From: an uncultured bacterium
GTDB lineage: Bacteria > Patescibacteriota > Patescibacteriia > Magasanikbacterales > UBA922
Direction: 5' to 3'
Assembly: GCA_937861125.1 (NCBI GenBank)
Contig: CALMAY010000039.1
Location: forward strand, 1 to 53,211
Length of the DNA stretch: 53,211 nucleotides
Part shown: piece by piece, positions 8,880-15,916 of the stretch
How the letters are laid out: every line of letters begins with the position of its first letter
Numbering within the stretch: the stretch's first letter is position 1
The notes under the pieces: model-generated
The model's database searches: none
The model's input: only the letters and a program-made list of their open reading frames with translations
What the model was told of the DNA's origin: nothing
Made by a program: the position numbers and the translations under genes

Positions 8880-10780
8880 GTACCAAGGCTGTCTCGGACG
8901 CGTGTGTTTCATGACACGCGCCCGAGGAGGAGCCCTCTTCACATCAGGAGCTGCGGTTCGCTCCTGTTCGTTGTCTTACCTCCCCAACCGCGGGGAGGGG
9001 GCGATTACTCGACTGACGGCCAATCGAGCACCGGCCCGTCGCAGGTGCGACCTCCGCCCGGCCATGTGGTGTTGCTGTCTGCGACGAAGCAGCAGCTACC
9101 CGTCATGGGGTACGTGCTCGGCGAACCGGGCGCGCCACCGGTGCAGGCGGGAGCGCCGACCATGCCGAGGGTAAGCTCGGTAAAGGTCGTGGGCAATTCG
9201 GTCGGCCAGACGGGCGGCTCCACGCGGGGGTCGCATGCGGTCACCGACGACCAGCACCAGTAGGTGTCGGTGTCGGGCGCGGCACAGATCGGATTCTCGG
9301 CGCAGTCGGCGGAGTCGGCGCAGTCGGCGAGTTCATCGCCGTCGTTGTCGAAACCGTCGTCGCACACCTCGTCGGGCATCGGGCAGGAGGGGGTGCCGAG
9401 GCAGTCCTCATCCCAGCAGTCGCCCCAGCCGTCGAAGTCGTTGTCGACCTCGTCGTTGCACGTGACTTCCGTCTCCGGAAGGTCACATGCGCCGCCGTGC
9501 TGCGCATCGTACTCGCGGACGCAGATCGCGTCCCACGAGGTGGCGCAGCAGTAGCTGTCGCCGAGTTCGATGCAGACCTCGAGCATTCCTACCGAGTCCG
9601 AGCACCCAGCGCCGGTCGTGTTGAGCTCGCAGCAGCTGGTTGTGGCCGTACAGAACGACGCATTGTCCGCACACTCCGGATCGGCGCAGTCGAGGAGGCC
9701 ATCCTCGTCGTTGTCGATGCCGTCGTAGCAGATCTCAACGCCGAAGTATACGCAGCTGCACTGACCGAAGTCGCTCTCGAGGATGGGTTCGGAGCAGGAG
9801 CGGTACACTCCGTCGCCCCACCCGTTGCACATGTCGACGGGGCAGTCGGTGGCGAGGGTGCAGCACGTCGAGGTGCTGGTATCCGCGACACAGGTGCCGG
9901 TTCCGTTGCAGTAGCTGCCGACGTTGCATTCCTCGTCGAACTCGCCGCAGGACGTTTCCGCCGGGAGGGGCTCAGCACCCCAACCGACTTCCGGATCGCA
10001 CGAACGCTCGAAGCACTCGCTGGCCGGGGGTCCGGGATCGGGGGTGGTCAGAGCTCCGACGCATTCGCCGTCGAAGCAGAAATCACCCGCGGTGCACGCG
10101 TTGCCGTCGTTGCACCCGATGCCCATGCAATCGAGGTCGGCGCAGTCGGCATCGCCGTCTGCGTCGTCGTCGGTCCCGTTGTTGCAGTTCTCGGTACCGT
10201 CGCTTGCGAGGTCACCCACGCAGGCGAGGTCGACGAGACCCACACAACCCATGAAGCTGTCGCCCGACGCCGGGTCCTCCAGCTCCTGGCACGTGCCGTC
10301 GGCGACCATACAGGCCGCGATCGGCGCGTCGGTTGCGTTGACGGCCGCGATCGTGCACTGGCTCGAGCTGTTACACCCGATACCCAGCGCCTGCTGGATC
10401 GTGTTGTTGTCGCCACCTCCGGGCGAACCGTCGGTGGCGCTGTCCGGCGCCTCGGAGTTCTCGTCGCCGCTCATGCAGGCGGGGAGGGTGAGGAAGACGA
10501 TTGCCGCGAAGAAAGTCGCGGCGAGCTCGATCGTTCGGTGGGTGATCAGCCCTTTCCAGGAATTGCGCGTCATGAGTTGTAACTCCGTTTGTGACGCGTT
10601 GTTGAACCGAGACAGTAGACGACACTATGTCGCCACCATCTCACCGCTGGCTTTTGGCCATTGGATTTTGTGAAGAGAGCACCCTTGCAATCAGGTGCGC
10701 TCCATCAGGTGTAGTGGCAATTGATATTGTCAAAACACACGATAGAACGACCCAGGTTGAAGGGACAGCTGAATATATCA
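8880..10780. other. Embedded high-GC island (foreign-looking DNA) carrying a single gene
   Basis: 39/60 G+C at 9241-9300. Sampled 60-nt lines rise from ~45% to ~62% G+C around 8880 and fall back gradually over 10600-10780. The island is flanked on both sides by low-GC genes. Confidence 0.8.
9005..10573 (-). CDS. Cys/Asp-rich secreted lipoprotein with repeated CxDGxDNDxDGxxDCxDxxC modules
   Basis: Signal peptide with lipobox-like LTLPAC. Modules include CYDGIDNDEDGLLDCADPEC, CNDEVDNDFDGWGDCWDEDC, CDDGFDNDGDELADCADSADC and CNNGTDDDADGDADCADLDC. A GGAG lies 9 nt upstream of the ATG. The plus-strand ORFs here are GC-rich shadow frames. Confidence 0.7.
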   Translation of the reverse strand: MTRNSWKGLITHRTIELAATFFAAIVFLTLPACMSGDENSEAPDSATDGSPGGGDNNTIQQALGIGCNSSSQCTIAAVNATDAPIAACMVADGTCQELEDPASGDSFMGCVGLVDLACVGDLASDGTENCNNGTDDDADGDADCADLDCMGIGCNDGNACTAGDFCFDGECVGALTTPDPGPPASECFERSCDPEVGWGAEPLPAETSCGEFDEECNVGSYCNGTGTCVADTSTSTCCTLATDCPVDMCNGWGDGVYRSCSEPILESDFGQCSCVYFGVEICYDGIDNDEDGLLDCADPECADNASFCTATTSCCELNTTGAGCSDSVGMLEVCIELGDSYCCATSWDAICVREYDAQHGGACDLPETEVTCNDEVDNDFDGWGDCWDEDCLGTPSCPMPDEVCDDGFDNDGDELADCADSADCAENPICAAPDTDTYWCWSSVTACDPRVEPPVWPTELPTTFTELTLGMVGAPACTGGAPGSPSTYPMTGSCCFVADSNTTWPGGGRTCDGPVLDWPSVE

Positions 10781-10820
10781 TATAGAACAGGTCTTGTCAA
10801 TAGCACTTCTTGTGAATAAA

Positions 10821-10844
10821 AATACTACCCAAATGGGTAGTATT
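10821..10844 (-). terminator. Intrinsic terminator of the DUF11-like gene
   Basis: aatactaccc / aaat / gggtagtatt. On the minus strand it is followed by tttattc. Confidence 0.6.
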
Positions 10845-10862
10845 AGGAGTATTTTTTGTTAT

Positions 10863-12686
10863 CTACTGCACAATTATACCTTTGTCTGCACCGATCTCAT
10901 CTTTTGGAATCGAGATGTCCAATGCCGGGGCAGTTTTTTGTATGTGCACTTGTGTAAAGGCATCTGTTGCACGTATGTCGATATTTTCAAGAAGTTTTGG
11001 AGAGGTATTTCGTTGTCCTTCAGATGGTGTCAATGCAAGTTCTATATAGATACCAGCTGTGTCCCTCGCCTCGAGTCGGGACAGGTTCCAGGTGACCTTC
11101 TTGGATGATGGGGTATATACTGGCGCGTCACCGTGACTGACACTGGTGCGTCCTGTGTAGGAAACGTGGTCAGGGAGTGTGGCTGAGAAACGTACATCAT
11201 CAAGCCCGTTGGTACTATTGTTAATAGCAATGAGCGCCCAGTATTTGGTCTCTTCACCAACCACTGGTGGTAGTGGTCCACGGCCGAGTTGATCGCCCTC
11301 TTCTGTGTAGTAGCGACTCTCAGCGCTGAGCGTGACGAGGGTGCTGATAGGGATCGGTGTAACAGGCACAGCAGTGCGGATAGTCGCGTTGTCTGTCCCA
11401 GCGATTGTTGCTATGACAAATGGGTCAGGGGAGAGTGAGATGTTGGTCCCAGAGTCAACACGCAGTGGTGCGTCGATACGCAGTGTCATAGATCGCTCTG
11501 TGTTTGGTTCTAGTGTCTCAAATGGTGCTGGTACTGTGTATGTACCATTTTTGATAGTACCGCCATTTTCACTCGTGAGTCTGATGAGACTCATACTCGT
11601 ATTGGCAAGCGGTATTTCAATGCGAATATTGTGTAGTGTTGTTTTTCCAGTGTTTTTGGTAGTAATGGTTAATTCTCTTTCTTCGCCTGGATTTATTGGG
11701 TTTGTGGTGTTCCATGCTGAAGAAACAGAGAGTGATGGTTTGGTGATTGAGATAGCTGTTTGCGCACTTCGTTGAGCGACACGTCGGTTATTTGGGTCTA
11801 TGAGCAGTGGTGTAAGTATGATAGATGATACGGATTCTTTTTCTATTACCATGGTACCAGTAAGTATCGTAGTTGTTTTTGGTGCGAGGTTTTCTATAAT
11901 CCATTCATCTCCAACAACAGTGATATCTGATGATATTGTGGGAACAAACCGAACGCCATCCTGTGCGAGAGGTACTATTACTTTGGTGGCAGTGTGGTGG
12001 TCGTCATTTGTGATTTCAAGTGTAAATGCAGATGGAGCACCGAGCACTACTGATGCTGCGGTGGTGAGTTTGCTATTGACTACTGAGCCGCGGAGGTTTT
12101 GGATAATGGTTCGTATTTTTTGCTCTGGTAGTTGACTGTTTTCTTGGCGGTAGCGAATAACAGCGCTGACATGATGTTCTACATCAACCGATTCAAACAA
12201 AAATCCTTCGATGGTCACTGATTGCGTTTCATTTGGTTCAAGAATACCAAGTGATGTATCAATAGATCCGTGTTCGACAATGAATCCATGTGGCATTTCA
12301 AATGACAAAAGAGAGTCATGAAGTGCTGTCTGTGCATTGTTGGTTATCGTTGCTGTGTAGGCCACGTGTTCACCACTGCGGATAATTCCTGTTTCATTGT
12401 GTGCCTCTGTGGTAAGTCGCAGATCCACAAATCGTGCTACGGTTGGATCATAGGTAAACCAGATGTATGCACTCAGTGCAAGGATAATAGAGGCAAATAC
12501 CAGACTTAAATCAAAGAAAAAAAGTTTTTTTGCATGGACGAAATTGAGATGGTATTTTTGTTTGTAGTACATCTCACCCGCATGGATAGGGGACAGTAAC
12601 AATGCCAAGGTGAAGTGGTGGGGAGCTGAGATGGCCTTACGTGGCTTTAGGTTTTCTGAGACGTATTTCATAATTCGGAAGGACAC
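10863..12686 (-). CDS. Membrane-anchored surface protein with DUF11/CARDB-like repeated beta-sandwich domains
   Basis: N-terminal TM segment (FFFDLSLVFASIILALSAYIWF) followed by repeated T/S/N-rich Ig-like segments. GTG start at 12686; an alternative ATG is at 12671. Confidence 0.55.
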   Translation of the reverse strand: MSFRIMKYVSENLKPRKAISAPHHFTLALLLSPIHAGEMYYKQKYHLNFVHAKKLFFFDLSLVFASIILALSAYIWFTYDPTVARFVDLRLTTEAHNETGIIRSGEHVAYTATITNNAQTALHDSLLSFEMPHGFIVEHGSIDTSLGILEPNETQSVTIEGFLFESVDVEHHVSAVIRYRQENSQLPEQKIRTIIQNLRGSVVNSKLTTAASVVLGAPSAFTLEITNDDHHTATKVIVPLAQDGVRFVPTISSDITVVGDEWIIENLAPKTTTILTGTMVIEKESVSSIILTPLLIDPNNRRVAQRSAQTAISITKPSLSVSSAWNTTNPINPGEERELTITTKNTGKTTLHNIRIEIPLANTSMSLIRLTSENGGTIKNGTYTVPAPFETLEPNTERSMTLRIDAPLRVDSGTNISLSPDPFVIATIAGTDNATIRTAVPVTPIPISTLVTLSAESRYYTEEGDQLGRGPLPPVVGEETKYWALIAINNSTNGLDDVRFSATLPDHVSYTGRTSVSHGDAPVYTPSSKKVTWNLSRLEARDTAGIYIELALTPSEGQRNTSPKLLENIDIRATDAFTQVHIQKTAPALDISIPKDEIGADKGIIVQ

Positions 12687-12704
12687 AAATTAAAAGGATA
12701 CAAG
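12679..12704 (+). repeat. Copy 1 of the GGNYACAA-ATTAAAA-GGATACAAG motif
   Basis: aaggacacaaattaaaaggatacaag. Overlaps the GTG start of the DUF11-like gene and abuts the left 37-bp inverted-repeat arm. Confidence 0.7.
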
Positions 12705-12708
12705 TACA

Positions 12709-12745
12709 CAATACCAATATACGAATGCATGCGAATTTAACGAAT
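12709..12745. repeat. Left arm of the perfect 37-bp inverted repeat
   Basis: caataccaatatacgaatgcatgcgaatttaacgaat. It contains the stop codon of the enclosed gene. Confidence 0.95.
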
Positions 12746-13144
12746 ATGGTGTTTGAGATTGTGTCTTTTTATCTTAATTATACGGTGTGGTTTCAAATAT
12801 GTTTGTCTAAAATTAACCAGAATAGCTAGGGGTATATTTATACATTGAAGGTATCGTTGTGTTTGGAGATAGTCTTCTTTGGTGAGAATCGTTTTTGCTT
12901 TTAGTTCTATCAAAATGTATTCATTATTTTCATTTTTTACAATAAAGTCCACAATATTTCCTGTGCGCCCAAGTGGATATTCTCGTACGTATTGTATGCG
13001 TTCTTGCTTCAGTACTGTTTCGAGAAAATTACCATATTGTTTTTCACGGCAGTATCGATCCAATGTATTATGTGTTGTAAAGAGAAGACCAGCAATGCGA
13101 TATGAAAAATTCCTATGAATGAGATCCTCTCCTTTTGTATACAT
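12737..13144 (-). CDS. GxxExxY family protein (PD-(D/E)XK nuclease fold)
   Basis: YGNFLETV ... IVDFIV ... ILIELKA ... QTQRYL ... LAILVNF matches the GxxExxY / PD-(D/E)XK layout. Confidence 0.75.
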   Translation of the reverse strand: MYTKGEDLIHRNFSYRIAGLLFTTHNTLDRYCREKQYGNFLETVLKQERIQYVREYPLGRTGNIVDFIVKNENNEYILIELKAKTILTKEDYLQTQRYLQCINIPLAILVNFRQTYLKPHRIIKIKRHNLKHHIR

Positions 13145-13149
13145 AGCAC

Positions 13150-13186
13150 ATTCGTTAAATTCGCATGCATTCGTATATTGGTATTG
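13150..13186. repeat. Right arm of the perfect 37-bp inverted repeat
   Basis: attcgttaaattcgcatgcattcgtatattggtattg is the exact reverse complement of 12709-12745. It ends 5 nt from the start codon at 13144. Confidence 0.95.
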
Positions 13187-13191
13187 CCTGT

Positions 13192-13220
13192 ATTATAGTA
13201 TATGCACCCAATTCAGTCAA
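13192..13220 (-). promoter_or_regulatory. Near-consensus promoter TTGACT-N17-TATAAT driving the GxxExxY cassette
   Basis: Reverse complement of agtcaa (13215-13220) and attata (13192-13197), with a 17-nt spacer. The expected start site (~13185) coincides with the outer end of the right inverted-repeat arm. Confidence 0.55.
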
Positions 13221-13250
13221 AACAAAAACCCCGCACAGATATGCGAGATT

Positions 13251-13583
13251 TTATAGAGTTTCAGTGGTTGGAGTATCCTCTGGTTTTGTGAATTTCTTTT
13301 TGATGAGCTTGGCGCTTGGGGAGTAGAGAGTGTTACGTATTTTCCATTTCTCTACATACTGTCCAATCCCTTGTTTTTCGGTCTTATTTTTGACTGTTGT
13401 TTTGACTTGGGACCAGCGGACAAGTGCTTCAAAGTTGAGTTTGTATCTACCGCCTACTACTACATAGGTGAGTTCTTTGTCTTTGATGGCACGACGAATA
13501 GTCTGTGTACTGACACCAAACAACTTCGCTGCCTCAGAAATGGAGACACGTATGATTTCTTTCTGTACCTCTGTATCAGACAT
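13251..13583 (-). CDS. Excisionase/MerR-type helix-turn-helix DNA-binding protein
   Basis: ISEAAKLFGVSTQTIRRAIKDKELTYVVVGGRYKL is a typical HTH_17-like motif. The start at the internal ATG (MSDTEVQ) is supported by the promoter position. Confidence 0.7.
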   Translation of the reverse strand: MSDTEVQKEIIRVSISEAAKLFGVSTQTIRRAIKDKELTYVVVGGRYKLNFEALVRWSQVKTTVKNKTEKQGIGQYVEKWKIRNTLYSPSAKLIKKKFTKPEDTPTTETL

Positions 13584-13608
13584 ATGTTTGTATAGGGAAA
13601 CGTTGACA

Positions 13609-13637
13609 ATTGTACCATATTTTTGAGGTTTTGTCAA
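13609..13637 (-). promoter_or_regulatory. Near-consensus promoter TTGACA-N17-TGgTACAAT
   Basis: Reverse complement of tgtcaa (13632-13637) and attgta (13609-13614), with a 17-nt spacer. About 25 nt upstream of the ATG at 13583. Confidence 0.55.
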
Positions 13638-13804
13638 GAGAGATGATTTGTGAAAGAGGAAGAATGGGAATATTTTTTGTATACGTTTGTTTATACAAAT
13701 TTACAATATAAACTATAAAATAGAAGCATGTTGAGATGGAAAAAATGGTAAATAGCCTAGTATGTTCATATTTTTGTATACGCTTGTGTAGACAAAATAT
13801 ATCA

Positions 13805-13837
13805 AAGGGCACAAATTAAAAATTCCAAGGATACAAA
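13805..13837 (+). repeat. Copy 2 of the motif
   Basis: aagggcacaaattaaaaattccaaggatacaaa. Confidence 0.7.
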
Positions 13838-13901
13838 AAAACTAAAAATCACAATTTTATTAATATATTTGAAATTATACTTTGATGATTGATTATATTG
13901 T

Positions 13902-13932
13902 TTGTACCTTGTATCTTTTAATTTGTGCCCTT
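13902..13932 (-). repeat. Copy 3 of the motif (inverted)
   Basis: Its reverse complement reads aagggcacaaattaaaagatacaaggtacaa. The 15-nt core gggcacaaattaaaa is a perfect inverted repeat with 13807-13821. Confidence 0.7.
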
Positions 13933-13949
13933 TTCTCGAATTGCTCTAT

Positions 13950-13978
13950 TTGATTTTCTAGACTGTATGTGGTACACT
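13950..13978 (+). promoter_or_regulatory. Candidate promoter TTGATT-N17-TGgTACACT for the sigma-factor gene
   Basis: TGTGGTACACT at 13968-13978 belongs to the recurring TGTGGTAYAST motif. Confidence 0.35.
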
Positions 13979-14045
13979 TATTCCCGTTATGTAGGACGTG
14001 GGTTGTTACTGAATGTAGCGCTTTTTTTATTCTACCAAACACTCT

Positions 14046-14600
14046 ATGCTGAAGCTCAAGGAAAAGCGACTGCTCTACTTGATCAAAGTACACAAAGACG
14101 CAGATGCTTTTGCGTCTCTTTATGATACTTATGTTGGGCGGGTGTATCGATTTGTCTATTTCAAGGTATCCAATCAGCAAGACGCTGAGGATATTACCGC
14201 AGATCTATTTTTGAAAGCATGGAAGTATCTCACATCAGATGACACCAAAGAGGTGGGGAGCTTTAGCGGGCTGATCTATGATATGGCACGCAATGCGACG
14301 GTGGATTGGTATCGCAAAAATGCTCAGTCCCATATTTGTGCATTGGACGATATTATGCATATGAGTGACGGGAGTGATGTGGCTCAGACTACGGCTGATC
14401 GGTTTGACAGCGCAGCACTCTTGAAGTGTATAAAAAGTATGAAACATGAGTATCAAGAGGTGTTGATTCTCAAGTATGTCGAAGAGCTGTCTTTGTCTGA
14501 AATAGCCACGCTTCTTGGGAGAAGTCAGGTATCGGTGCGGGTGACACTGCATCGGGCGACAAAGAAGTTGAAGGAGATTGCTGGAAAGGATACAAATTAA
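14046..14600 (+). CDS. RNA polymerase sigma-70 family (ECF-type) sigma factor
   Basis: Region 2 (FASLYDTYVGRVYRFVYFKVSNQQDAEDITADLFLKAW) and region 4 HTH (LSLSEIATLLGRSQVSVRVTLHRATKKL). Confidence 0.85.
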   Translation: MLKLKEKRLLYLIKVHKDADAFASLYDTYVGRVYRFVYFKVSNQQDAEDITADLFLKAWKYLTSDDTKEVGSFSGLIYDMARNATVDWYRKNAQSHICALDDIMHMSDGSDVAQTTADRFDSAALLKCIKSMKHEYQEVLILKYVEELSLSEIATLLGRSQVSVRVTLHRATKKLKEIAGKDTN

Positions 14601-14618
14601 AAATTCCAAGGATACAAG
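14585..14618 (+). repeat. Copy 4 of the motif
   Basis: aaaggatacaaattaaaaattccaaggatacaag. It contains the sigma-factor stop codon (14598-14600). Confidence 0.7.
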
Positions 14619-14710
14619 ATGGTGTATGGGGGGACTGTAACAAAATCCCAATTTCTGCGTCTACTACAGTATAGACATTAAAATCTGTGTTATCGTCAAA
14701 TCAGTGGTTT

Positions 14711-15916
14711 ATGTCAAAAGAGCTCAAAGCACAACTAAAATCTCTCAAACATACACATAGTTCGTTTACCCCACGGGCTACTTTTGTTTCTCAAACACGC
14801 ACCTCTTTGATGCGCTCTATTGCAGTAGAACAGGCAGCTCATACGCCGTCATCTTCGTTTCTCAAGACACAGTCATTTTTTCATATTTTTGTCCCTCAGA
14901 CACTCCAAGTAGCACTACGTCCTGTTATGACACTGGCTTTGGTTGTCGGTGTGTCTATGGCTGGATTTAGTCTGAGTGCATCTGCGAGTAATACGAGTTT
15001 GCCAGGAGATCTGCTCTATGGAGTCAAACGCGCGACAGAAAAAACTGAAGCGGTGATCATCTCAGCAGTGGGTACCAAGGCAGATAAAACAGAAATGCTT
15101 GCCAAGCACGCAAAGGAACGTGCCAATGAAACAAAAGAATTAATTGTACAAAACAAGACAGAACTAGTCGCGGAGTCAGTTGCCTCTCTCAAAGAAGCTG
15201 TTGCAGAGGTGAGCCAACACGCCAATGATGTGGTAGAAAATGATACCAGTGCGATGGCTGTGACAATTGCTCAGGTGGCTGATGTACAACAAGAAATTGC
15301 GACGACACTCAGTGAGGCGATTGATAGTGTGGCTCTCTCTGACAATGCTACATTTGTGATGGCGCAGGTGACCGATGCAGTACAGACAGTCGTCAATGAG
15401 AGTGTTTCTGTCGCACAGGCAATTGTAGAAAAACAAAAGAGTGGTGAACTTAGTGGGGTGGATGTAGAGAGTGTGAATGAGGGTGTCAAAAACACATTGG
15501 ATACTGCTGTGACGAGTATCGCACAGACGACACAGAGTATCGAAGCGGTGATTACACAGCAAACAGCTCTTGTGGAGGTAGCTCCAGTAGTAGGTGTGTC
15601 TACTGAGATTGTCGGTACTCCTGTATCGACAGGAGAAGTCTCTACTAGTAGTACAGCTCCAGTAACTAAAGCGACTACCACACCTACTGCAATGGTACCA
15701 AATACATTATTTTCTTCATCAACACTTCCTATTATCACTGAAGTAAAGCAGACCACTGAAGCTGCGGTACAACAGACACAGGTACTCGTTGAAGAGGGGA
15801 GACTGCTCGAAGCGATAGAAAAGACAAAGACAGTAACAGAGTCGATTAATCAGGTGATGCAGGATGTAGCAATACAGAGTGCGGTGATTAGTGAGGCTGG
15901 GTCGGTTAAAAATTAA
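14711..15916 (+). CDS. Single-pass membrane protein with a DUF5667-like domain; putative anti-sigma or sigma-associated factor
   Basis: Lies immediately downstream of the ECF sigma gene. A central TM segment is followed by LPGDLLYGVKRATEKTE (DUF5667-type motif) and a long helical, A/V/T/Q-rich region. Confidence 0.55.
   Translation: MSKELKAQLKSLKHTHSSFTPRATFVSQTRTSLMRSIAVEQAAHTPSSSFLKTQSFFHIFVPQTLQVALRPVMTLALVVGVSMAGFSLSASASNTSLPGDLLYGVKRATEKTEAVIISAVGTKADKTEMLAKHAKERANETKELIVQNKTELVAESVASLKEAVAEVSQHANDVVENDTSAMAVTIAQVADVQQEIATTLSEAIDSVALSDNATFVMAQVTDAVQTVVNESVSVAQAIVEKQKSGELSGVDVESVNEGVKNTLDTAVTSIAQTTQSIEAVITQQTALVEVAPVVGVSTEIVGTPVSTGEVSTSSTAPVTKATTTPTAMVPNTLFSSSTLPIITEVKQTTEAAVQQTQVLVEEGRLLEAIEKTKTVTESINQVMQDVAIQSAVISEAGSVKN

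Larger units (their letters stand above)
12709..13186 (-). mobile_element. Hairpin-bounded GxxExxY cassette (possible miniature mobile or IVS-like element)
   Basis: Perfect 37-bp inverted repeats tightly enclose a single ORF. No target-site duplication was recognised. Confidence 0.35.

Noticed and set aside
9497-10673. Long plus-strand ORFs (9497..10582, 9640..10254, 9924..10673) and other overlapping ORFs in the high-GC island and in nt 346-909
   Set aside because: These are typical stop-poor shadow frames of GC-rich DNA. They are Arg/Ala/Pro-rich, low-complexity translations with no signal or motifs. The minus-strand frame has a signal peptide, a lipobox-like site, repeated Cys modules and an SD.
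12679-14618. Possible CRISPR array or att sites formed by the four motif copies
   Set aside because: The copies are not regularly spaced, orientation is mixed, and the intervening sequences are genes. There are no cas genes or integrase. The att-like idea is retained only as a weak alternative in the corresponding finding.
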